Source: Epiperipatus broadwayi
Lineage: Eukaryota; Animalia; Onychophora
Assembly (NCBI GenBank): GCA_028023455.1
Contig: JAQFVV010000007.1
Span: forward strand, 15,686,001 to 15,750,000
DNA length: 64,000 nucleotides
Direction: 5' to 3'
The notes under the pieces were generated by a model that did not search any database, had not been told where the DNA came from, and saw only the letters and a program-made list of their open reading frames with translations. Of this stretch, positions 52,639-62,480 are shown piece after piece; the first letter of the stretch is position 1; the number at the start of each line of letters is the position of its first letter. The position numbers and the translations under genes were made by a program.

Positions 52639-52708
52639 AGATGATAATCTGGACCAACTGATGAATGCTGGTTCAGCATGAAATACATATATTGGTAATT
52701 ATTTATCT
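52639..52708 (+). ncRNA. type I hammerhead motif with intact catalytic core
   Basis: ACCAA-CTGATGA-ATGCTG GTT CAGCAT-GAA-ATACATAT-A-TTGGT; predicted cleavage after A52691 (AUA). Confidence 0.85.
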
Positions 52709-53090
52709 TTTCTACATGTATGTATGTGGTCATGGGTATCAGTGGTATGATATAGTATGGATAGTTGAAGGGTGCTTGAAAGTCTGAGTTCAAATCCCCT
52801 ATATGTTTTGATTAAATTTAGATTCTGCATTATCAGTGCTCTTTTTTTTTTCTATTAATGGATTATAATTTGTCATATATTAAAATCTATCCTTTTACCA
52901 AATTTCTGCTCCCACCCTAAAATTTTTTTTTTTTTTTTATGCAAGGCAACATTTTTCTAATTATAGTAAATAGTTTCTACACTTTATTTTGAAACCATAT
53001 GAATAATCAGCACTCATCATTTTCCTCATGTCATTACTTCTCATATAAATCTTATATAGCATATTTTATATTATTTATCACTAATACATT

Positions 53091-53131
53091 ATTAATTTTG
53101 ATTTGTGTCCTTAATTTTGATTTGTGTCCTT
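53091..53131. repeat. 19-bp tandem duplication
   Basis: TTAATTTTGATTTGTGTCC occurs twice. Confidence 0.85.
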
Positions 53132-53450
53132 AGACACAATCCACTCTAACTAAATACAGTAATAATTATTACTAATCATGTATTAAACTAGAGATTGTCT
53201 TTAGCCCAGATATAAACTTTAAACCCTAGTTAAAGATTAATATATCTGATTTTTTAATCGAACACACATGTACATGGAGTTATTCACTTGTCTCTTTTCC
53301 TATATGGAAATTCATCTTATACATATAGTAAATAACTTCCACGAACACATTTTCTTTTGAAAAACATAGGAATAAAGACAATAAAAGACAAATGATCCCC
53401 CTCCCAGATGCATTTTTTGCTGAACAAGTAAGTACTCATCAATTGGAGTT
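53130..53450 (-). mobile_element. family B repeat with degenerate hammerhead (53386-53450)
   Basis: Reverse complement matches 59500-59870; motif CCAA-TTGATGA-GTAC..CAGCAA-AAA-ATGCAT-C-TGGG. Confidence 0.7.
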
Positions 53451-54275
53451 TTCTATTTTGCTAGATTCTTTTCACTTGTTTGTTTTAATTTTTATTTTTA
53501 TTATACTAAACAAATTATTCAGAGAAAATATTAAAAATGTTAAAACACAATCTTAATGCACTTTTGTGTTAAATATTTTTATACCTAAAATATAATAAAT
53601 ACTTTTTAAATCCTGATTTATTATATGAACCATTAGTTGTTTTTTAAAAATTTCTTATTTATAATATGATATCGCTCCTACATTTCAACCATTTTTTATG
53701 GGCATTTTCATGGATTATTTTTCTTTGTATATATATATAGTATTCATAGTATTATTTCTGGAAGCTTCTGAGTAATAAAAATATAATAGCTGAATAGCTG
53801 ACATTTCAGTACAATAACAAGTACTTTCCTCAGAGCTTCTTCTTTCTGAAATCATTAGAATGTGTGTGATAAGATTTAAAATCGTTATTTTTCTCCTTTG
53901 TTATTTTTTCCTCATTCTCAAATTCTATTGGATAAGAAGTTTTAAAAAATATTTTATCCTCCAATAGCTTTTTCCAAATATTGTTAATTTTCTTTAATTC
54001 ACACTTTTTATTTATGCTGTTAGGCCTTTTAAAAAAACTCTATAACTTCCCTTATCAGTCTCTAGTCATATTGTTCAATTTTTGCCAGAATGCGTGTTTT
54101 GTTAAAATTGATGTCATGGTTTGTTAATAAATGGCTGATGAATTAAATTTTGTCTAATTACCAAAATGTATTCTTCTTTTCTTATTTTTATTCTTTGAAT
54201 GATCTGTCCAATGTATGGATGTAAACAAACTCCACATGGAATTTTATATATACCATGAGACTCCCTCCATACTAT

Positions 54276-54484
54276 ATATTGCTAGAAGAGATGTGGACAA
54301 TTGAAAATTTAAACTGAAGTCCAAGAGATTGTAAAAGACACAGAAAAGGACCCCATGTGAGATGGATGGATGAAATAAAAAAGTGTGTAGGGGTGATGTG
54401 GAAAAGAGATGCTAGAGGTTGGAGATGGATTGAATTTGGAGAGATTTTCATCCTGCAGTGGATTAATAATGGTTGACGATTATG
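54276..54484 (+). mobile_element. short RTE 3' fragment
   Basis: Matches 50730-50945. Confidence 0.85.
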
Positions 54485-54554
54485 AAGATATATATAAAGT
54501 CTAATATAAAAATATATATATATTGTATAATATGTATTTTATAAGAATACTTTT

Positions 54555-54718
54555 TATACATTCAAAGATCAGCCTTTCAAGCTAATTGTGCATGCGTCTT
54601 CTGCGAGTGTTAAATAATAAATGAATACTTCACTCCATGCACAATTAGCTTGAAAGGCTGATCTTTGAATGTATACAATTGTATGCATAGCGTCATATAA
54701 AAATAAATGCTTATTTAC
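54555..54718. repeat. insertion with perfect 40-bp inverted arms and 14-bp flanking direct repeat
   Basis: Arms 54555-54594 / 54636-54675; TAAGAATACTTTTT at 54542 and 54719. Confidence 0.85.
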
Positions 54719-57700
54719 TAAGAATACTTTTTGAAAATGATCATAAAAAATGGTTGAAACATAGAGTTTATGATGTAGTATGCATAAAAATATAAAAAAT
54801 CAAAAACAAATGGATTATGTAATAAACCTGGATTTAAAAAACACAAAATGTGTGGAATATTTTGTGTTAAAATTAATGAACTACATTGGAAAAAAGAAGA
54901 GAGAACTACTTATTAATAAATTATTAATTAAACGTTTAATATTTTCAATATTTTAAGCGAATATATAGATATTAATTAGTATTGATTTTCAATTTATTCC
55001 TTTTCAATGATGAAGTTAACAATAGTTATTTAATTACAGATTAAAGCATAAATATTATACATGTATTTAAATATTACATTAGTTATTTATTGTTTTAATT
55101 TCATAATACTAGGGAAATAAAAAAACAGTTAAAACAAAAACGAAACACTTTCAAATTACTGGAAGAAGTAATCGTATTATATTGAGAATTTTTTTGAAGC
55201 GAATGAATATTTACTATACAGTTTATGGGTGTCAGAAATTGACAGTCACATGTTGGCATATAGTTATGATTATAATAAAATTAACTGAAGTTAGTATTCT
55301 TTAGAAAGACACAAATTATATAGAACACGAAAGTAAATTACGTATTACATTTGTTCGTACTATTATTGCTACTTGTTGTTATATAACGACAAAACTAATA
55401 ATTAATAGGTGAAAACGTTCACCTCAATATCCCTCTCCCCAAATTAAATTAATTAGCTTCAATCTTCCGCCCAAATACGCTTTCGAAATAAGAGTAGGTG
55501 GTTTATAAACAATAGATTAAACAGCCAGATTGTATTGATTAAAAATGATATGACATAAATAACACACTTAGTTGGATTTAATGTAGTGGGAGCATGTATA
55601 TCATTTTATTTTAATTATATAGTAGTCTGTTCATTTACTTTTGAGTAAGTTTAATCGAAAAGATGATCAGAAAATGATTTATTTACGATACCGTCAATAC
55701 CTGTTGAAAAACAGCTTATTGGTTTTCCTTGAACCGGAGATAAAGTTTGATAAATTTTATAATGGTAAATTTAAATATTTTTATTATTTGTTTTTAAAAG
55801 GGAAGTACTTATGGATAATTAAAGAACAAAAGTAAAGGTAGAACCTAGAATTCTTCAAAGGTTTAGGGATCACGCCTCGGGCATATGCTTTGATGATGAT
55901 TAATTATTTTACTTTTTGCAGGGAAATTGAAAAAATAAAAACGTATACGATCGTTCGAATTCCAATTCTCTTTTTTTAAAACAAACTCATTTGTTAATTG
56001 AAAAACAAAAATGTAAAGGTTCAACAACTGAAGTAATTGGTTAGTTGATTACATTTGGTTTATTTCTGAAAAAATTGAAGAAATCCCTAAGATATAAAAA
56101 AAAAGAGCGCCAAGTTGTACTTTCCGCAATTGCTTATCAAATTTCAAAAAAAAAAAAAAGAAGTCTATCGGACTAAAATAATGTTACAAAAAAGGCATAT
56201 TTTAAAAGTTAAAACTTGTACTGTTTCCTACAACTTTTAACCTGAAAAATTGCTGTTAGCTATTAAGACAACTTGGTTGGAACGGGACATCTGTCATTGG
56301 AACACTAAACCTGTTTTTAATAAAGTTAATTTTTATTTTAAAAAAAGCTCTCATAAATCAGCATGCTTTTAAGTCTGGCATCTTCTACCTGTACAGGTTT
56401 TTGATACCTAGGTATTTAGAAAATGTTAATTGATTTAAAAAAAAAAATCCTTTCATGAGAGTTTGAATAATATAATTTTGTTTTTATTTTTGGTTTATAG
56501 ATGAATGAACAGATAAAGCAATGTCGTTGTCTGTTATAGTTTTATCTATTCATCTGATGACGTTTTGATTTTGTTTTAAATACGGAATTCGGATGAAATG
56601 ATACACTGTATATATAAAAAAAAAACTATGTGTTTACAAGCTGGAGGTCATTAGACATTTATAAGTTTTATAATTATTGTTTTATTAGCGACATACGATC
56701 AAATACTTATCAGGACAGGTGCATTCAATATATATTAATAAATAAGAATGAAGTTCAAAGTGTCTAAATAGAATGCTAAGATGGCATTGTAAAAAGGACA
56801 AAATATTAGAAAGACTGCTAACTAATTAACGAAAACCTACTTACTCTTTAGTTCTTTTTATTCAGCCACAACCACACTCTTTGTGGAATGAAAATTTACA
56901 TATAAACTAATCGAGTGATTGATTAAGCAGAAGGTCATGATGATATTCAAGAATTAGAAGTGACCGGTTGAGTTTTGATACCAAAGCCTTATCTCTAAAT
57001 CATGAAGATATATTTATAAAAACACTAGAGGCAGCACGCATTTTTCATTTACCACAATAGAATATATACAGTGTGACCCAGGGAAAAGGTGATGCAATGC
57101 ACTGTGGCTTCTCCTTTTTCAGAGTCGGGAATCTCTCAATCACTATACCCAGAAAAACCTGTTAACTGACTTGTTCTCTCTCCAGTAGTGCCATCTCTGA
57201 ATCAACAAGCATTATTTAATGGCATAGTTGGGGAATTTGCCACAAAAAAATTTAAACCTACTATTGTGCCTAGATCATAAGTTATGACGATCATTGATTG
57301 TCTCCAAGGATTTTCCTGCCATCAATAAACCTTGCAAAACACTTGCAAATATTCTTGCAATTCATGAATTGACTTCCATACACAGTTTGAATCATTTGAA
57401 ATAATTTTAGTAGCAATTTTGCCCAATTTAATATTAGTAGGTTCCATTTTGGGTTAAGGTACAAAATATCACATCACATTGAATGTCATAATTCATGACA
57501 TAGACATGGATATTACCTTGTTTTTACGGTGAATAGCTATATGCCTTTATGTAATACATATATTGATAGATATGGTGATGCGAACAGTATGGAGAGAGAC
57601 CCAGCCACCATATCACTGGGCCAAAATGTTTGATTTACAAGTTACAAATTTTCTGCATTTACAACTTTGATATCAAACACGTTAGATAAAAATAGTTTTA

Positions 57701-58402
57701 AATATATATATATATAAAGATATTACACATACAAAAGCAGAATTGAAGCTGAATTGTGCATAATTAAAGATAGGTATTTTAATCTTTAACTGAATTTTAA
57801 TGTTTAAATCTGGATTAGAGATAATCGTTAGTTTAATGAGATGATTAGCAGTAATCATTAATGCATTTATCCAAAATGGTTGGTAACAAAATTGTCAGTG
57901 CAGAAACATTGATACCTGTAAATCAAAGTATGATAATTTTGGTATTGATAAATGCTGAACAAATAAAGAAGATATGTATAAGAGATTGTAAGCTGAGACA
58001 ACTGAAGATTACTGATTTAATACAAAATTGTTTTTATTCATATGTTTCTAGAACATGTGATGGGGATGAAAGTTTTAAGTATATCTAATATATGTATATT
58101 CTCATGTCCACATGATGTTATAAACTCACATTGCAATTTTTAAAATTATGTTTAAAAAAAATCAGTTGTCTTTTAATAGAAGCAGTTGCATTAAGATGAT
58201 GTGGTTGAGATTTTATCTGCTCAGTTACTGTGAAATCATCATCAGTAATGTTGATGCCTAATTTCTATTTACCTATTCTTTTTTTAATTTTTCTTCATTT
58301 TCACATCTTTGATGGCATCTACCATATAGCTAATAGCACACTTTGTTCTTAGCATTAAATATTTATAAATTATGTATTAACATTCAATTGGTACTAATAT
58401 CG

Positions 58403-58608
58403 AATATCACATGACTGCCAGTCTGCTTCTATATAAAATATCACATGACTTCCAGGTCTGTTTCTATACAAAATATCACATGATTTCTGAGTCTGATTCT
58501 ATATAAAATATCACATGCCTTCCAGATCTGCCTCTATATAAAATATCACACGACTTATGGGTCTGCTTCTATACAAAATATCACATGACTCCTAGGTCTG
58601 CTTCTATA
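58403..58608. repeat. 35-bp minisatellite, 6 units
   Basis: AATATCACATGAC(N6-7)TCTGCTTCTATA(T/C)AA repeated head to tail. Confidence 0.95.
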
Positions 58609-59318
58609 AGCATTAGATAAAAAATTCTTTAAAAGCCAGACACAAATGTCTGCACCTCATTTGGTTTTATTAGCTCATTAACTGCTTATATGAATAGCTA
58701 GAATAAAATTAGAGTTGTTATATGTGATTGAAGAAATGCACTTTGAATCCAAACATTAACCAGAGTGTAAGTAAATAGTCTGGAATTAAGTAGGTTTAAT
58801 ATAATAAAAATGGTAACTATTAGTATAACATTGTTATGTTTACTCACTAAGAGAGATTTGTTAAACAGTTCTCAAATGCCAAATTATATTACATTTTTTT
58901 AATTACGATCTAAATATTGAACAAATACACTTTTAACTAGATTTTTATTAATAGTCTGGAATAAAGAAGTAGATTTGATATAATAAAAATGTTAACTGTA
59001 AGTTTAACATTCTGTTATGTATACTTCTTAAGAGAAACACCAAACACTTAATTGTGTTAATATATTCACAACAATATTTTTAAGTAATAAGTAGATATTT
59101 TTGGTTAAAGCAAACAAAAGATATTCTAAAGTGGCAATTTTATACATATTATTTGCAATGCTTTTTTTATTTTATTTTTAAAAACTAGTATTTTAAAATT
59201 TTCATTGTATTTGATGGGCTGTCAGCTATATTTTAAGTTTGTAATAAATTTAAGATATTAAATAACCTCAATATTACCACACATTCTTTTAAGTTCATAT
59301 AAATAAAGATACAATAAA

Positions 59319-59386
59319 AGACAAGTAACCTCCAAGATACATTTTGTGCTGAACCAGCACTCATCAGTTGGTCCAGATCATCATCT
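59319..59386 (-). ncRNA. type I hammerhead motif, G12 mutated (CpG to CpA)
   Basis: ACCAA-CTGATGA-GTGCTG GTT CAGCAC-AAA-ATGTAT-C-TTGGA. Confidence 0.75.
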
Positions 59387-59393
59387 CCCATGT

Positions 59394-59461
59394 AGATAGT
59401 GGCCTGGACCAAGTGATGAGTGCTGGTTCAGCATGAAATGCACCCTGGGGGTCATTTGTCT
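59394..59461 (+). ncRNA. type I hammerhead motif, C3 mutated
   Basis: ACCAA-GTGATGA-GTGCTG GTT CAGCAT-GAA-ATGCAC-C-CTGGG. Confidence 0.7.
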
Positions 59462-59500
59462 TTTATTGTATCTTTATATGAATTTAAAAGAATATGAAAT

Positions 59501-59564
59501 GTTGACCTGGAACAACTGATGAGTGCTGGTTCAGTATGAAATACATCTTGGGAGTCACATATCT
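59501..59564 (+). ncRNA. type I hammerhead motif, core intact, weak stem I
   Basis: AACAA-CTGATGA-GTGCTG GTT CAGTAT-GAA-ATACAT-C-TTGGG. Confidence 0.75.
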
Positions 59565-61158
59565 TTTATTGTATTGTTATTTATATGAATTTAAAAGAAT
59601 AAGAGGCAGTATTGAGGTTATTTGATTATAAATATATTACATGTGAAAAAGAGAAATGTGAATAACATCATCTTTGTGTGTGCTTAATTTTAAAAAAGGA
59701 GATATATTATTGTTTAATTGAGTTTTGAAATTTATATCTGTGCTAGAGACAATCTCTAGTTAAGTAAATGATATTAAAACAGCAAAACTATGATGTTTAG
59801 TGGTTTAAGTAAATGATTAGTGATAGTAATAATCAGTACTGTATTTATCTAAAGTGAATGGTGTCAATGATATGGGTTGACTTCGTTTGACACTTGTAAT
59901 TCAAGATGGAAATTTAAGATATTTTTTTTAAGAAAGTTCAAAATATAACTCAATAAAAAAAAAAAAAAGCTTAATGAAGCATATTCCATCAATCAAAATA
60001 CTGAAATAAAACACACAAACCTGAAAATTAATAAAATATGAAACTGTAAAAAGTATGAAAGTGAATAATCAAAACTATTTTCTATATAAGTTCTATATTA
60101 TTAGTGTTTAGGTTTTATTATTGTTATAATTTAGTATTGTTTACAAAACAATCACAGGCATTGTGTGATTAGCAATAAGATTATTTTATGTTTTGACAAA
60201 ATTATTGTTAGTGGATTATGTAGTGCTATAGAATTGATAGATATATTGTTACTTATTTTTTGCAATTTGTTGATCAGTCTAGTTATATTGTTAATGGTTC
60301 TTTAAAGGTAAAAGGTAGATATGCCATGTAACAAAAGTTCAAGAATTTTGCACATTTTTGCCTTTTCCTGATGTCGGTTGTCACTGACTTTTAGTCTTTT
60401 CTCTCTTTTGTTAAAATTATGTCCAAAGAATTGGAAATATTTACATAAAATGGGTGTCAAGAAGTAATGCATCCACCTACCTGGGTCATGGTCTTGGATT
60501 CAGTTTTGGGATGAAGGTATTTACAACTGAAATACAAAATAGCAAATAGACTGTCTTTCTGTAACTTGGGAAATGTAATTGTGTTGAATAGAAGGTGTAG
60601 ATAGTAAGACTATGGTTTTTAGATTATTAAAAGAAAATAAGATATTTAACAAAAATTTAAAAAAGATTTCAGTAACAACAACAGACAATTTATTGGAAGC
60701 TGTATTATATTGGATTTGTATATGCATATAAGGTTTGACCAGAAGAAAATTTTAAAAAATCAAACTTTGGTGCTCACATCAACATATATTCAGAAAGGTG
60801 TAGCTTACTTTTTAAAGTGTCGAATGTATCAGAAGATGGAAAGCAGTAGATTGTTGAAAGAAAGATGTTGCTGCGGAAAGAATTTATTAGTTTCTGCAGA
60901 ATCTTGGCTTTTGAAAGAAGACAGTTTGAGTTAGACAGAATTGTAGGGAAAAGTTAAATTTGGAAGACTGAAAGGTCTAATAATAAAAGTCTTTTAAAAA
61001 AAAGAAAAGAATATTTTTATATAATTTATTTTAAAAATGTGTATTATTTTAATATTTGTTAAAAACATGTCTACTCTATAATCATTTTTATATGTCTTTA
61101 TATGGCTGCATACAGTTTTAAATATTATTTGATCAGGTAATATACAGAATTATATTTT

Positions 61159-61327
61159 AAACAAATGGAGTAAATCACCCTCCCCCAGGCTGTGCGTTAA
61201 AAACACTCCGTTGAACAAAGAATCAAGAATAGAATGAATTCACCCATTTTTATAGATTTGGTGTTTATAAGTTTAGAGTGGATTTTTAATTCATAGCCTA
61301 GAGGAGGGTAATTTACTCTCTTTGTTT
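61159..61327. mobile_element. small MITE-like element
   Basis: GAGTAAATCACCCTCC (61168) versus GGAGGGTAATTTACTC (61303), extending to AAACAAA/TTTGTTT. Confidence 0.55.
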
Positions 61328-61416
61328 ACATATATATATACATTGAGCTATATTTAATTTAAAATTTTAGGATTATTATTTTATACATTAACATGTTTAT
61401 AATAAGCTATAATATA

Positions 61417-62000
61417 GAGGATTTGAACTCAGACTTTCATGCAACCTTCAATTATCTACACTATCTCTTACTATGAATACCCATAACCACACACATGTAG
61501 AAAAGATAAATAATCACCAATATACGTATTTTGTGCTGAACCATCACTAATCAGTTGGTCCAGATTATCATCTCCCACACACATATATATAATCAGTGCT
61601 CAGTTTTTATATTAAGATAGCAAATCTTTATACTTTAATGGACAGGCTTCAGTCTACTCCAACCCTTCAGCCATCCATACCACTGAAAATCTGATGATAG
61701 AATGCCCAAGTCCCATGCTGATGTCAATATTGTTGTTATGCCCATGTTGACCGCAAGTCACTCTTACCCTTCATGTATATGACAATATCCATGTAAATAC
61801 ATAGAAGAGGGATGGGCAAATGCAGGCATAATGTGTAAGATTTGAAATACAGGCATTCTTATATCTGGAACTTAATTGCAAATATAGGGGATTTGAACTC
61901 AGACTTTCAAGTTGAAGGTTGCTTGGAAGTCTGAGTTCAAATCCCCTATATTTACAATTAAGTTCCAGGTATAAGAATGCCTGTATTTCAAATCTTACAC
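61417..62000 (-). mobile_element. family A insertion: 470-bp monomer, terminal redundancy, 5' inversion, 16-bp TSD
   Basis: TSD AATAAGCTATAATATA at 61401 and 62001; ATTTGAACTCAGACTTTCA at 61421 and 61891; palindrome ~61833-62000. Confidence 0.9.
61504..61573 (-). ncRNA. type I hammerhead motif, G8 and G12 mutated
   Basis: ACCAA-CTGATTA-GTGATG GTT CAGCAC-AAA-ATACGTAT-A-TTGGT-GATTAT. Confidence 0.75.
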
Positions 62001-62388
62001 AATAAGCTATAATATATTTTAATAACAAAATTAAACAGTACTTACATATTAGACCGGCAGTAATAAAAATCACTGGCACAAAGAAACATGTATATAAAGA
62101 TTGAATTAAAACGCATTTACAATTTTCAAAAAAGCAAATGAATTAATTTTGTCAATGATTATTAGATAATATTCAGATGAGGAGATGAGAAGTATGTTAT
62201 TAGTTAAAAAACGTTGGTTTTGATGCTAATTTTATGATCAAATAATAGTGGTGTTCCATTTAGAGTTGTCAAAAGAGAGTAGCCATTCATAACAGAATAT
62301 GGTTTGAGGTAAAAAAAAGTTTCATTACAGTGATGCTAACAAACACTATTTTGTAAATGGACAGAATTGCATGATTAAATCCATGTAT

Positions 62389-62391
<3 letters not shown>

Positions 62392-62466
<75 letters not shown>
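62392..62466. repeat. (TA)n microsatellite
   Basis: Direct reading. Confidence 0.98.

Positions 62467-62480
<14 letters not shown>

Larger units (their letters stand above)
52284..52804 (-). mobile_element. family A insertion with 5' inversion and 13-bp TSD
   Basis: TSD GTTTTGATTAAAT at 52271-52283 and 52805-52817; minus-strand unit 52284-52623; inverted piece 52624-52804. Confidence 0.9.
59242..59880 (+). mobile_element. family B insertion: inverted 5' piece plus tandem hammerheads
   Basis: 59242-59388 is the reverse complement of the sequence from the hammerhead onward; forward motifs at 59394 and 59501. Confidence 0.8.

Noticed and set aside
57280-57400. Possible hAT dimerization remnant (KDFPAINKPCKTLANILAI..TS)
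   Set aside because: Similarity too weak, and no termini found.
58403-58608. CRISPR-like array
   Set aside because: The variable part is only 6-7 nt and the context is eukaryotic with no cas genes; it is a minisatellite.
60680-60950. ORF 60710-60934 or decayed LINE
   Set aside because: No diagnostic motif recognisable by eye.
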